This document shows positions 21,995 to 33,094 of a DNA stretch of 64,000 nt, one piece after another. The DNA is from Spirochaetaceae bacterium. GTDB lineage: Bacteria; Spirochaetota; Spirochaetia; CADAEX01. The notes under the pieces were generated by a model. That model was not told the origin of the DNA. It worked only from the letters and a program-made list of their open reading frames with translations, and did no database searches. The DNA lies in the NCBI GenBank assembly GCA_009780675.1, contig WQZP01000005.1, positions 33,082 through 97,081 on the forward strand, in the 5' to 3' direction. Made by a program: the position numbers and the translations under genes. Within the stretch, counting starts at the first letter, position 1. Each line of letters begins with the position of its first letter.

Positions 21995-24025
21995 ATGTTT
22001 TTTCTCAATAGATATTTTCTTATAACTATTATTGCCATTGCTGTTGTACTCAATTTTTCTTTGCTTTTTATTCTACTATCAAAAACACAAAGACTTGAAA
22101 ACCGTGTGTCAATGAGTTCAAGTGAAGAGGCTTTATTTAATGAAACAGTAAGAGCTAATGTTATAAGGATGCAGCATGAAGTAAATATACTGCGCGATCT
22201 GGCTAATCTTCCTCCAACAAGTTTTCCTTCTTTTAATGAACATAATGAAAGACGCGGAACAAATCCCAATGCGGTGCAAGGATTTGAAATATTTTATCAT
22301 GCTTTTGAAAGACTTTACTCACAGCATAGAAGAAATCAGGAGATAGCAAGAATAAATAGCTTTTCCGCAGAAATAGCCCCTCTATTGACTAGAAATAATT
22401 TAACAAGAGATCAACGAGGTTCTGTTTTATATTTGCTATCAGGAAATAATGTATATTATTCTATTGAATATGATGCAGAAAGAGACAGGATTATTGCAAG
22501 TGCCTTTCCTTTTGAAAATAAAACAAATATTATATCGTTAACAGATTTTCAGGCTTTTATAGACAGCACATTGCCCAGAGTAAGATCTATATATCAAACA
22601 GCAGCATCTGAAATACAGGCTGTCACAAATCATATCAATAACCCGGAAGTAAGAAGATCTTTTTCTGAGAAAAGAATACGGGCTGTTCCAATAACAGAAA
22701 ATAATGATTTTTTTAATACAAGACTTTTTAGAATAGACAGAATAAATAATCAGTTTATTGCAAATCTTTCATATTCATATGAACAAAGAGGATTTTTAAT
22801 AAACGGAAATTTCTATGGTAATTCTGAAAGGATCAAAGATATAATTTTAAATATTGAAGATCATATTGATATAAGATCAAATGAAGAAAGAATGGTCGGA
22901 CAAGCTATTAGAGATATTAATAGGATCGCAGAAGACCCTGCATTCAAAATGTTTCTGGAAGGGCGGGGATATTTTCTTTCATTAAATCCAAGAGAAGATT
23001 CTTTGCACATTTTTTTTGATTTTCTTCCCAAAGCAGGTGGCAGTCGTATAGGTTCTTTTGCGATCAATAAATATACAGGAGATACCTCTATTAAAGATTT
23101 TGAAGAGATACACATTTCTTCGATCAGAACTTTAAATATGTTTAATCCTACTGATCAGGATCAAAAAAAAAAATTAGATAGCCCTGCTGCAATAACAATA
23201 GATAGGAGCAGATTTCATAATTTTCTTATTGCTGGTAATCATGAAAAAAATTCAGATACTGTAATGGTTGCAAGCCTTGATCGCAGCACTCAAACTTTAA
23301 ACATCATAAGCTTACCAAGAGATATATTTTTTCGGGGCAGAAGACTAAATACTTATTACAGAATTTTCGGCCCTCAAAGACTTAGAGAAATAGTGGAATC
23401 AATAACCGGTCTCCATATTTCACGTTACTTTATTATAGATATGTATGCATTTGTTGATGTTGTTAATATTCTTGGAGGGATCGAAATAACTCTTGAACAA
23501 GATCTTGTTGACCCCACATACAGAGTAAGAAATAATGGTGTATGGTCTACCTTATATTATAGAAGAGGGACACATCACCTCAATGGAATAGAAACATTAA
23601 GAGTTGCAAGGGCAAGAAATTTTATGCCTGCATTTTCCCGTGATGACAGACAGCAAAAAATACTTATTGCATTGCTCAACAGAATATCTGAACTTTCAAT
23701 TACAGATTTTGATAGAATTTTTAATATTATCAGAACTGTAATAACATATCTTGATACAGACATATCTATTCCTGAATCATTAGGGCTTCTGAATGATTTA
23801 AGAAATATAAGAGAATTTAACAGAATAATATTGTCAACAGATAATGTTCTTGTACAAACATATACAAACCTCATGTATCTTGGAATGGATGAAGATGAAG
23901 TAAGTGATGATTTTGATAAAGGGGCATGGATATTAATGCCAATAAATAATGATTGGGATTCTATTCCTTATTTTCTTCAAAATGTAATACAAGGTAATAG
24001 CAATAAAAATGAAATATTGGATTGA
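21995..24025 (+). CDS. LCP (LytR-CpsA-Psr) family protein with large N-terminal extension
   Basis: N-terminal TM; SDTVMV, ISLPRD, RLNTYY, VNILGGI, RARN...RDDRQQ motifs. Confidence 0.88.
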   Translation: MFFLNRYFLITIIAIAVVLNFSLLFILLSKTQRLENRVSMSSSEEALFNETVRANVIRMQHEVNILRDLANLPPTSFPSFNEHNERRGTNPNAVQGFEIFYHAFERLYSQHRRNQEIARINSFSAEIAPLLTRNNLTRDQRGSVLYLLSGNNVYYSIEYDAERDRIIASAFPFENKTNIISLTDFQAFIDSTLPRVRSIYQTAASEIQAVTNHINNPEVRRSFSEKRIRAVPITENNDFFNTRLFRIDRINNQFIANLSYSYEQRGFLINGNFYGNSERIKDIILNIEDHIDIRSNEERMVGQAIRDINRIAEDPAFKMFLEGRGYFLSLNPREDSLHIFFDFLPKAGGSRIGSFAINKYTGDTSIKDFEEIHISSIRTLNMFNPTDQDQKKKLDSPAAITIDRSRFHNFLIAGNHEKNSDTVMVASLDRSTQTLNIISLPRDIFFRGRRLNTYYRIFGPQRLREIVESITGLHISRYFIIDMYAFVDVVNILGGIEITLEQDLVDPTYRVRNNGVWSTLYYRRGTHHLNGIETLRVARARNFMPAFSRDDRQQKILIALLNRISELSITDFDRIFNIIRTVITYLDTDISIPESLGLLNDLRNIREFNRIILSTDNVLVQTYTNLMYLGMDEDEVSDDFDKGAWILMPINNDWDSIPYFLQNVIQGNSNKNEILD

Positions 24026-25310
24026 AACATACGGCTGCCAGATGAATAAGGCAGAATCAGAAGCTTTTGAACTTGAACTAAACCATAACATGTGGGAGAG
24101 CGCGGAAAACCCTTTGGAGGCTAATCTTGCAGTTATTAATACCTGTTCTGTGCGGGAAACTGCGGAAGAAAGAATATGGGGGAGAATAGGGTATTATAAA
24201 AGAGTAAAAAAAGATAATCCTTCATTGATACTAATAATAACCGGGTGTATGGCAGAAAGACTTGGCAGTAAGTTTTTGGGTAATGGCTCACCTGTTGATA
24301 AAGTTTTTGGCACATTCTCAAAACATAAAATTATTGATTTTGTTTTGAATAAGTCAGATTTTGATCCTTCCAGTAATTTATATAAATTTAGCAAAGTACA
24401 CACAACAGAAGGGAAATTTAAGTCATTTGTTCCTATTATGAATGGTTGCAATAATTTTTGCAGCTATTGCATTGTTCCGTATGTCAGGGGCAGGGAATTA
24501 TCAAGAAATCCCGATGAAATTTTTTCTGAGATCGAAGAACTTGAAAAAAGAGGGATAAAAGAAATAACTCTTCTGGGGCAGAATGTAAATTCATATTATT
24601 ATAATAATGGCGAAACAGGAGAAAGTTTAGACTTTCCTGAGCTACTTAAAAAAATATCTGAAAAGGTTAACAGCATAGAATGGATAAGGTTTTTAACTTC
24701 ACATCCAAAAGATCTTGGCGATAAACTTATAAATGTAATGGCAAAATCCAATAACATTTGCCGGCACATCCACCTTCCTCTTCAAAGCGGTTCAGATGTT
24801 ATATTAAAAAAAATGAACCGCAAATATAACTCGGATTTTTATAATAATCTTGTAAAAAAAATTAAATATGATATACCTGATGCATCAATTACCACCGATA
24901 TAATAGTAGGCTTTCCTGGAGAAAGCAAAGAAGATTATGATATGACATATAATTTGATGAATAGTATAAAATTTAATGAAGCATTTACATATTATTACAA
25001 TCCAAGGGAAGGAACCAAAGCTTTTGATTTTGAGGATAATATACCAAAAGAAGAGAAATTAAGAAGACTCTCAGAAATTATAGAATTGCAAAAAAAAATA
25101 ACAGTTTTGAAAAAAAAGGAAAAAATCGGGGCCACCCTAAAAGTTCTTGCAGAAGGGTTTTCTAAAAATAATTCCAATGAATTAATTGGGAGAACAGAAT
25201 TTGACGAAATGATTGTTTTTAATGGTAAACATGATAAAATTGGTTTATACAGTATGGTAAAAATTCTTTTTGTAAAAGGTAATACGTTTATAGGAGAAAT
25301 AGTGACATGA
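24009..25310 (+). CDS. miaB: tRNA-2-methylthio-N6-dimethylallyladenosine synthase
   Basis: TYGCQMN, NTCSVRE, CNNFCSYCIVP radical SAM motif, TRAM domain. Confidence 0.96.
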   Translation: MKYWIETYGCQMNKAESEAFELELNHNMWESAENPLEANLAVINTCSVRETAEERIWGRIGYYKRVKKDNPSLILIITGCMAERLGSKFLGNGSPVDKVFGTFSKHKIIDFVLNKSDFDPSSNLYKFSKVHTTEGKFKSFVPIMNGCNNFCSYCIVPYVRGRELSRNPDEIFSEIEELEKRGIKEITLLGQNVNSYYYNNGETGESLDFPELLKKISEKVNSIEWIRFLTSHPKDLGDKLINVMAKSNNICRHIHLPLQSGSDVILKKMNRKYNSDFYNNLVKKIKYDIPDASITTDIIVGFPGESKEDYDMTYNLMNSIKFNEAFTYYYNPREGTKAFDFEDNIPKEEKLRRLSEIIELQKKITVLKKKEKIGATLKVLAEGFSKNNSNELIGRTEFDEMIVFNGKHDKIGLYSMVKILFVKGNTFIGEIVT

Positions 25311-25600
25311 GCAAAAATTTAATTATAATTATTCTCATAATTGTTATACAGGCTATCTTTGCTGCTCTTAATATAAAAAATGTTTCAGATGTTTCAATAG
25401 GGATAAGAACTTTTACAGATGTTCCTGTTTTTATTACGATTACAATATCATTTATTATAGGGGTATTGATATTTTTCCCAGTAGCTTTTATTGCAGGTAA
25501 AAACCATGCAAAATCAGCAGAGTTAAAAAAAGAAGCTAAAATTCAGAAAAAACTGTTAAAAGAAAAGAATATACATGAAATTAAACCAATGGAATTATAA
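25307..25600 (+). CDS. LapA (DUF1049)-like small membrane protein
   Basis: Two TM segments, basic C-terminal tail; follows miaB as in spirochaetes. Confidence 0.7.
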   Translation: MSKNLIIIILIIVIQAIFAALNIKNVSDVSIGIRTFTDVPVFITITISFIIGVLIFFPVAFIAGKNHAKSAELKKEAKIQKKLLKEKNIHEIKPMEL

Positions 25601-26615
25601 AATCAATTTGCGTAGCATACTAATTCTATTATTGTTTTTTTTAATGCAACCAATGCTTTATGCCCAAACATTTGCCGATGCTGAGGCATTTGAAAGAAGA
25701 GGCGAAACCCAAAGAGCGCTTGAGATATTATATAGGCTTGCTGAAACAACAAGACCGGAAAACAACCAATATTTTTTGATTATTGATAAAATTATTTCAC
25801 TGGAAACAGATATTCCAAAATTATTGACAAGTGTAGAAGATAAAATACTAAGAATTGTAAATGTAGACCAAAGAATTCAGTTATTAAAAAAAATGGCTGT
25901 TTTAATGGAACTTTCCGGCAATATTGAAAAAGCAGGACACTACTATGAGATGATATATAGATTGAACAGCAGCGATGAAAACTTTATTTATTTGATTAAA
26001 GCCGCAGCTATTAATCTTGAAACAGGCAATATAGATAAAGCTCTTTCACTTGCCAGTTTTGTGGAAAGTAGAGCAAGAAGATTGGTTGATTTACAAAAAG
26101 CAAAATTATTGGCAATTTATATAGATATTCTCCAAGACAATAGAGATAGCGCTTTAAGAAAAATGTCACAAATACTTGATAATAAATATACAGAAGAGAC
26201 CCTTTTTATTATTTATAAATTATCAAATTGGCATGATATTAGAGATACTAGAGAAAAAGCAAGAAGCATAATAATAAGAACTCATAATCAGAGAGTTCTT
26301 GATGAACTTAATATTTATCAAAAACCACTTTCTCCTCTTTTTCTTTTTGCCCTATCAGAAACAAGTGTTGTTGATAGCCGACCAATAACCTATCATGCAT
26401 ATATTCAAACAGGATTGTTTAGTTCTCTAAGAAATGCTGAAAATATGCGGGAAAGAATAATTCAGGTAGGCCTCCCTTGCAAAATTATGGAAACCCCAAG
26501 AAGTGGGGAAATTTTTTTTAGAGTAGTTGTTCCTGTTGAAACTGAAAGAGAGATTGAAAATTATAATCTTATTCTTAGAAATAATAATATCGAAAGCTTC
26601 ATAATTTTTAATTAG
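25575..26615 (+). CDS. Exported TPR + SPOR domain protein
   Basis: Signal peptide, TPR helices, C-terminal IQTGLFSSLRNAE...FRVVV SPOR motif. Confidence 0.8.
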   Translation: MKLNQWNYKINLRSILILLLFFLMQPMLYAQTFADAEAFERRGETQRALEILYRLAETTRPENNQYFLIIDKIISLETDIPKLLTSVEDKILRIVNVDQRIQLLKKMAVLMELSGNIEKAGHYYEMIYRLNSSDENFIYLIKAAAINLETGNIDKALSLASFVESRARRLVDLQKAKLLAIYIDILQDNRDSALRKMSQILDNKYTEETLFIIYKLSNWHDIRDTREKARSIIIRTHNQRVLDELNIYQKPLSPLFLFALSETSVVDSRPITYHAYIQTGLFSSLRNAENMRERIIQVGLPCKIMETPRSGEIFFRVVVPVETEREIENYNLILRNNNIESFIIFN

Positions 26616-26630
26616 GTCGGATTTAACTGA

Positions 26631-28148
26631 TTAACTTTCGCTTTTTTCTGTTGTTTGTATATAAAAAATAGGGTCTTCACCAGAGGGGAAAAAAGAATTT
26701 ATTCTTAAGGTGCCTCTTATTAAAGTAATTCTATTGATTATAGAATTTTCCACTATCTGTTGTGCCATGCTTATATTATAAGTAATTGTTTCTCTAACTA
26801 AATGATTTTCATCAATAAACCTGAGTTCCAGTATATCCTCACCATGGTAATTATATATTGAAAAAACACCTCTTCTGATGTTATTACTTGATCTAAGAGA
26901 AAAATTGTGATTTTCAAATACTATGGAATCATTTTCCCCAAGAAATTCACCACCCAATGTAATATTTGGTAAATTATTTTGTACTATAGGGTTGATTGAT
27001 GGCAACATATTGTTGGATAACCTGATATAGTAACCATCCATTTGATGATTTATATTTTTAGGATTATCTCTGTCTACAATAGTAACCCTTATTCGGTTCA
27101 TATTTTCAATTCTTACTATTATCCTGTTTCTCATAAAATGTATTTGGTCATTTCTGGCAATGAAATCTATAGTTCTATGCTGCCTTGAATGTGTAGCATT
27201 CGTCCACCTATGCACTTCCATAAGATTTGATGTAAAAAATGCTACTTCATTAGTTCTGCCATTAAAACGGATTATAGAATTATTCGATTCAACATTATAC
27301 CATTGCCCTTCAAGAAAAGTTTTAAATGACTCAATATCATCAAAAACCATTTCACGCATTCTCTGTTCTTCAATAATTCTTGTAGGGATAATTTCTCTAA
27401 AAGCCATTACATATCTATTTGTCTGAAAACTCCACATATATGATGTTCTGATCACACCGGGTTGTTGTTCATTTTCTATTATTGTATCTTCAAGTAATAC
27501 GATTGGGAAACTTACCCCGTTTCTCTGACCAAGAATATATGCCTGGCTTCTCTCTTGTCTCTGTATTTCGATTTTTCCATTAATTTCAGAATTAAATATA
27601 GATTCAAAATATAAACTAATGCCGCCAAAAGGGGAGTGTGTTTTTCTAAAAACATCCATAACCTGTTTACCATCTAAAGATTGAGCATTAAAAATGATCT
27701 CAAATCCATGATCTCCCACAACATCTATATATGAAATCGATACAGTCCGGTAGTTTATATTTGTTTTTTCAGTCTCCCATGTTAATATATACTTATTCCT
27801 TACAGAATCAAAATCCAAAACCATGATTTTAAGGATTTGTGTATTTCTGTCAACTGCGACAATTACCTGTTCCAGTTCTGGATCAAAATCCAGATTGATA
27901 TTATTGATATAAATTATTGAATAATTATTCCCTATATTGATTTTGGGTCTTATGCTAGGAGTCCGATTTCTGGCAATTTGTGTTGAACCTTCATAATTAT
28001 CATTTGAAAAAATTCTTGAGATAATTACAGGATAATCATTTTCAATAGTGTCTGTATTTTTGTCACAGGAAATAAGCAGAAAGACAGATATGCAAAAAAA
28101 TATAATTACAAATATTTTTATAAAATAACTCACTTCTTTTTTTACCAT
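26631..28148 (-). CDS. Pallilysin-related adhesin-like lipoprotein
   Basis: LLISC lipobox, NLDFDPELEQV, DVVGDH, FLEGQWY; next to miaB cluster as in Treponema. Confidence 0.65.
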   Translation of the reverse strand: MVKKEVSYFIKIFVIIFFCISVFLLISCDKNTDTIENDYPVIISRIFSNDNYEGSTQIARNRTPSIRPKINIGNNYSIIYINNINLDFDPELEQVIVAVDRNTQILKIMVLDFDSVRNKYILTWETEKTNINYRTVSISYIDVVGDHGFEIIFNAQSLDGKQVMDVFRKTHSPFGGISLYFESIFNSEINGKIEIQRQERSQAYILGQRNGVSFPIVLLEDTIIENEQQPGVIRTSYMWSFQTNRYVMAFREIIPTRIIEEQRMREMVFDDIESFKTFLEGQWYNVESNNSIIRFNGRTNEVAFFTSNLMEVHRWTNATHSRQHRTIDFIARNDQIHFMRNRIIVRIENMNRIRVTIVDRDNPKNINHQMDGYYIRLSNNMLPSINPIVQNNLPNITLGGEFLGENDSIVFENHNFSLRSSNNIRRGVFSIYNYHGEDILELRFIDENHLVRETITYNISMAQQIVENSIINRITLIRGTLRINSFFPSGEDPIFYIQTTEKSES

Positions 28149-28379
28149 GCCTCCAATAAAAATTCAAGTATACAAGTTACTTATAGTATTATTTTTGCAC
28201 ACCATTATACATCTCGACCTGGGAGCCTGTTAGGCTTAGATAAAAATATCAATAACTTGCGAAAATTTTACCTTAAAATGAGGGAAATTCCCTTATGAAA
28301 CTTTACCCCCATTTCAATGGTTAAACAATCTGAATACTCCTTGAGGTATGACATATTCTCTCTGTTTTATAACATCCCC

Positions 28380-29603
28380 TTACTTCTGGTATTTGAGCAT
28401 ACGTTGTTCCATTTCAAATATCTGTGATCCAGCTTTACTTCTCTCATAATGAAATTGCCGTTTCGACTTATAAGGATCAGCCTCTCCAGCTGCAAAAGGC
28501 GTACCAAAAAACACTGCTGTCAAGGTCTGGTTATGGTGGGTAAACAACTCCTCACCGTAGGTATTAAAGCCAATTAGGCTGCATTTGTTAAACACATTGT
28601 TAAAGACATCAAGCTTATTTAGCTCCTTGAGTTCCAAATAGCGCAGGACACAATTAAACAGAATTGTTCCCTGAATTCCAGGGAGAAACTTTTTGGCATC
28701 AACAAGACTTTGTTGTGCATTGGCAATTATGTCACCTTGTTTTAATAATTGTACATTGGTTCCAGCTTCAATAGAACAATAAAATTGAATGCCACTACCC
28801 TCGAAAACTGCCATAGGACTTCGTACATAAATATTACCCATATTGGCGACTCCAAGAGGATGTTTGGCAAATACTCCTGCATCCAGCTTGCTTACATCCA
28901 TCCCGATCTGTTTGGCATAAAACTGCGCCGCAGGTTCCCCATTGATTTCCCATACTACCCGTTTCTGGTTATCTGACTTTGTTACTGCAAAAGTTGTGCC
29001 AGTAGAGACGTAATGTACATAATGATTAAAAAAGAAAGGGATATTCATCTTCATGATTATGACAGCAAGCCCGTCTCCAGAAAGCTGGTTGTCAATCCCC
29101 ACCAAAGTCTTGGCAAATTTGAGCTCATCTGCAGCAGCTCCGCCTACAAAAGCCATATTCAGGCTTTTATCCATGGTAAACTCTTTCATGATCTGCTCAC
29201 CAAGGCATAAACCATCAAAGAATATCAATCCCAGATATTCATCAGGGATGATAGTTTTACCAGAAGTTTTTTGTTTTAGTTCCGAAATAGCGGTTCGGGC
29301 GGTTTTTATAGGATCACTTTTAACCCCTTCCTGAAAGGTTGTATAAACTTCCGAAACCTCATCTGACGATAGAGACATAACTGTAATGCCTGTTTCCAAT
29401 GCTTTTTGAGTAGACCAGCCACCGATCATAGAAGTGCCTATACAAGCTGCCTCTGGGAAAGCTTTTTTGAGAGATATTTGTGGCTTGTGCTGCTCAAAAG
29501 CAGGGGAAAAAAAGTAAATTATCACCTTAATATTAGGCTGTTTTACTTCATTGATAATACCATCGATATCCCAATTTTCTCTTGATGCAACTTTTATTGC
29601 CAT
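28380..29603 (-). CDS. FIST N/FIST C sensory domain protein
   Basis: FFDGL, VGGAAADEL, EINGEPAAQFY, NCVLR, GFNTYGE..HHNQT. Confidence 0.88.
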   Translation of the reverse strand: MAIKVASRENWDIDGIINEVKQPNIKVIIYFFSPAFEQHKPQISLKKAFPEAACIGTSMIGGWSTQKALETGITVMSLSSDEVSEVYTTFQEGVKSDPIKTARTAISELKQKTSGKTIIPDEYLGLIFFDGLCLGEQIMKEFTMDKSLNMAFVGGAAADELKFAKTLVGIDNQLSGDGLAVIIMKMNIPFFFNHYVHYVSTGTTFAVTKSDNQKRVVWEINGEPAAQFYAKQIGMDVSKLDAGVFAKHPLGVANMGNIYVRSPMAVFEGSGIQFYCSIEAGTNVQLLKQGDIIANAQQSLVDAKKFLPGIQGTILFNCVLRYLELKELNKLDVFNNVFNKCSLIGFNTYGEELFTHHNQTLTAVFFGTPFAAGEADPYKSKRQFHYERSKAGSQIFEMEQRMLKYQK

Positions 29604-29686
29604 TTATTCCTCCTTGCTTTTTCAGCAAACATATAGAAAATATTCAGAAACTTAATAGTTCTTTAGTTTTTTAAGCTCATAAACCT

Positions 29687-29714
29687 ATTTTATGCTAAAA
29701 AATCCAATTGTCAA
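29687..29714 (-). promoter_or_regulatory. Putative sigma70 promoter of FIST gene
   Basis: Minus strand TTGACA-16 nt-TAAAAT. Confidence 0.45.
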
Positions 29715-29775
29715 TAGAGAGTTTATCTAAATAATTGAAAAAATGATATAAACTAACTTAGCATATCTCATCATA

Positions 29776-31122
29776 TTACATATCAATACTCGATAGCATT
29801 AACGCTAAAACCGCCTGCTCAGAATCAAAAGTACCAAGACTTCGGATGACGGATAATGACATCAGAAAACTATATCGAGCTCTGATAAGATGATTTTTAT
29901 TTGAGCTTACCAATGCTATAGCATCTGAAAGCTCGGATGTTGATGCTGACGCAAGCCTGTATAACTCCATGGTATTCTCAAGTTGCTTTTTTGCGTATTC
30001 CCAGGCTTTGCGGGATGATATAACAGAACTTGCCTGTGCTATGCAGTTTAGAATTCCTGATTGTATTTCAATATCCAAAGCAAGTTCTGTTTCCATGTGG
30101 TCAAGAATTGCCTGTCTATGCGCTATTTGCGTGTTATTAACGTTATTTCTTATTACCCAGAAATCTAAAGGTATACTGCCAGATATAGTGAGCCTTCCCG
30201 GAGAATTCTCTCTTCCGTGAATGTTGTTATAAGTTAAGCCTGTTGATATGCCAAGGTTGATATTCGGAAGATAATTTCTTGTTGCCAAACTAACTGCTCT
30301 GTCTGCTCTTCTTGATGCAAGGGCAGACCTTGCAAGTAAGGGACTATTCATATATATTGTCTCCAAAAAAACTGAAATCATATTATCAATTTCATTATAT
30401 GAAAGTTCTGAAAGCTTTTGAATTATGTGCTCATAATAGTCAAAGTTAATGGGTTGCAATACAGGATTTCCTCTTAATCCGGTAATGGATCTAAGCCTTG
30501 CAATACTGAGTAAAAGATCTCTTCTGGCAAGATTTTGATTTGTTTTTCTTGATTCATTTTCTGCTACTGCCCGTAAATAATCCCCAATACTTATAACGCC
30601 ACTTTCATGCCTGATTTTTGCAATTGTAAGAGTAAGTTGTGAAACATCAAGCAAAGAGTTTGCTGCCTCAAGAGCTGCGTGTGCTTCCAGCACCCCATAA
30701 TATGCTGCATCTGCAGAATCAAGCACCATAAAATATCTCTGTAAAGCTTCTTTTCGCGCAATATCTGTTGAAAGCCTGTTTATGGAACTCATGACAGAAT
30801 TTCTCCCGCCATCCCATATTTTTTGGGAAAGACTTATATTGACTCCTGCATTATAATCATCTGTAATATTTACATCTCCTCCCCAAAGGTTTCCCCCTGC
30901 TGAACCCCCAAGAGAAAAAGAGGGTAAGTTTCTATAAGTCTGCGCTCTCTCATTAAGAATAGAACTTTCTACAGATAAATTATATTTTGAAAGTATTCTG
31001 GAATTTAATAAAGCAAAGGCGCGTATTTGATTCAGGGTAAAGGTCTCTTCGGGTTCTTCTGCAATGCAATAAAATCCAATGCTGATAAATAAAATAATTA
31101 CCATAAATATTTTTAATTTCAT
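29776..31122 (-). CDS. TolC family outer-membrane efflux protein
   Basis: Signal peptide, duplicated OEP repeats (LPSFSL..QKIWDGG; YLPNINL..IPLD), last gene of ABC exporter operon. Confidence 0.88.
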   Translation of the reverse strand: MKLKIFMVIILFISIGFYCIAEEPEETFTLNQIRAFALLNSRILSKYNLSVESSILNERAQTYRNLPSFSLGGSAGGNLWGGDVNITDDYNAGVNISLSQKIWDGGRNSVMSSINRLSTDIARKEALQRYFMVLDSADAAYYGVLEAHAALEAANSLLDVSQLTLTIAKIRHESGVISIGDYLRAVAENESRKTNQNLARRDLLLSIARLRSITGLRGNPVLQPINFDYYEHIIQKLSELSYNEIDNMISVFLETIYMNSPLLARSALASRRADRAVSLATRNYLPNINLGISTGLTYNNIHGRENSPGRLTISGSIPLDFWVIRNNVNNTQIAHRQAILDHMETELALDIEIQSGILNCIAQASSVISSRKAWEYAKKQLENTMELYRLASASTSELSDAIALVSSNKNHLIRARYSFLMSLSVIRSLGTFDSEQAVLALMLSSIDM

Positions 31123-31134
31123 AACTGGCTCCTT

Positions 31135-32328
31135 CTATTCATAACGCAACGCATCAATGGGGTATAGCCCTGCTGCTTTTCTTGCAGGATAATAGCCGAA
31201 AAATATTCCAACTACTGCTGCAAATAGTGCAGAGATAATAATCACCAAAGGATTTATATGTGTAGGGGTAGCCATAAAAGTTGTTAAAAAATTGCATACA
31301 AGTATGGCAAAGAGAATTCCTATAATGCCGCCAATAAGGCTTAGGATGATTGATTCCAGCAGAAATTGAAAAAGTATATCTTTTCTTCTTGCGCCCACAG
31401 CCATTCTTATACCTATTTCTCTTGTGCGTTCCGTTACTGAAACAAGCATTATGTTCATAATACCTATTCCTCCTACCATAAGAGAAACTCCTGCTATTGC
31501 AGCAAGCAGGTTTGTAAGCATCCGCGATGTTTTGGCTGCTGTCGCAATAATATCTGCCATATTCATAATATCAAAACTGGGAGTAGTAGTGGGGCCGATG
31601 TTATGAGATTCGCGCAATATGATTTCAACTTCTCTTTGCGCCTGACTCATAAGATCTTCACGAATGACGCTTAATGCAATCGAATTAAGTATCCGTGTCT
31701 GGCTTAAACGGGTTAGGGCAGTGTCAAGTGGCACCATAACAACATCATCCTGGTCATTTCCCATAGCACCCACCCCTTTTCTTTCAAGAACTCCTATAAC
31801 TCTAAAATGATGTGTCCCTATACGGACAGAATAGCCTATTGGATCTCTTTCTCCAAAAAGTTGAGATGCTACAGTAGCGCCTAAAACTGCTACTTTACTG
31901 CGCGCTGCAAGATGTTCTTCTTCAAAAAAATCACCTTCCAGCATATTCCAGTTTCTTATTATAAGGTAATCTGGCTCAACTCCCATTACAAGCGCAGACC
32001 AGTTGCCATCTCCACCAATAATATTAAAATTTCTTTGCCTTATGCCTGAAACTGCCATTATATAACTTGCTTCATCCCTTAATTTTTCAGAGTCAGCTTT
32101 TGAAAGCCGGTTTGCCATTCCAGCCCCTCTTCTTGGCATAACAGTAATTAAATTTGTACCCATGGATGCTATTTGCGATTCTATCTGAATTCTTGAACCA
32201 TCGCCGATAGCTACCATTACAATTACAGAACCAACTCCAATAATAATGCCAAGAGATGTAAGGAGGCTCCGCATCCTGTTTCTAAAAATATTTTTAAAAG
32301 AAGATTTTAGTAGTTTTAAAGGTCCCAT
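31135..32328 (-). CDS. MacB-like ABC transporter permease (FtsX domain)
   Basis: RSLLTSLGIIIGV, GIMNIMLVSVTERTREIGIRMAVGA, PIDALRYE. Confidence 0.95.
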   Translation of the reverse strand: MGPLKLLKSSFKNIFRNRMRSLLTSLGIIIGVGSVIVMVAIGDGSRIQIESQIASMGTNLITVMPRRGAGMANRLSKADSEKLRDEASYIMAVSGIRQRNFNIIGGDGNWSALVMGVEPDYLIIRNWNMLEGDFFEEEHLAARSKVAVLGATVASQLFGERDPIGYSVRIGTHHFRVIGVLERKGVGAMGNDQDDVVMVPLDTALTRLSQTRILNSIALSVIREDLMSQAQREVEIILRESHNIGPTTTPSFDIMNMADIIATAAKTSRMLTNLLAAIAGVSLMVGGIGIMNIMLVSVTERTREIGIRMAVGARRKDILFQFLLESIILSLIGGIIGILFAILVCNFLTTFMATPTHINPLVIIISALFAAVVGIFFGYYPARKAAGLYPIDALRYE

Positions 32329-32337
32329 TTTGTTTTC

Positions 32338-33090
32338 CTAGCTTTTTTGAAGAATAGTATTTTCTTTTTTCCATTTTTTAAGATCATTTGCCGCGTTTCT
32401 TCTGTCTGTTACAGGAATATCGGAAACCAGCTTTCCATCCCGCATTGTAATGATCCTCCGCGTATATGCAGCAAGCTCAGGCTCATGCGTTACCATAATA
32501 ATTGTCTTCCCGTTGTTATTGAGGTTCTGAAAAAGGGTCATTATCTCAAGAGACATTTCTGTATCCAGATTACCGGTAGGTTCATCTGCAAGGATAAAAG
32601 CAGGGTTATTTACCATTGCTCTTGCAATGGCTACTCTCTGCTGCTGCCCGCCAGAAAGCTGGGAAGGCATATGATATAATCTTCCGCCAAGCCCAACTTC
32701 TTTTAATACAGAAATAGCTTTTTCTTTTATATTTATTTTGTGATCTTTTCTGCTGTAGAATAGGGGTAGCTCCACATTTTCAACAGCTGTAGTCCTTGCC
32801 AGCAGATTAAAACCCTGGAAAACAAATCCTATTTTTTCATTTCGAATCAAGGCAAATTTATCTGAATTAGCGTGTGATGTATTTATGCCATCAAGAAAAT
32901 AAAGCCCTTCTGTTGGCTTGTCAAGGCACCCCAGAATATTCATTAGAGTAGATTTACCTGAGCCTGATGGCCCCATTACAGCAATGAATTCCCCTTCATT
33001 TATGGAAAGATCAAGCCCTTGTATTGCTTTTACTGTAATCCCTTCAAGTTGGTATAATCTTTTTATCCCTACGAGTTCGATCATGGACAT
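32338..33090 (-). CDS. MacB/LolD-like ABC transporter ATP-binding protein
   Basis: [28 protein letters not shown]. Confidence 0.95.
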   Translation of the reverse strand: MSMIELVGIKRLYQLEGITVKAIQGLDLSINEGEFIAVMGPSGSGKSTLMNILGCLDKPTEGLYFLDGINTSHANSDKFALIRNEKIGFVFQGFNLLARTTAVENVELPLFYSRKDHKINIKEKAISVLKEVGLGGRLYHMPSQLSGGQQQRVAIARAMVNNPAFILADEPTGNLDTEMSLEIMTLFQNLNNNGKTIIMVTHEPELAAYTRRIITMRDGKLVSDIPVTDRRNAANDLKKWKKENTILQKS

Positions 33091-33094
33091 AGAT

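Noticed and set aside
28223-28239. GAGCCTGTTAGGCTTAG resembling an IS terminal repeat at the core/accessory boundary
   Set aside because: No partner end or transposase found; too short to support
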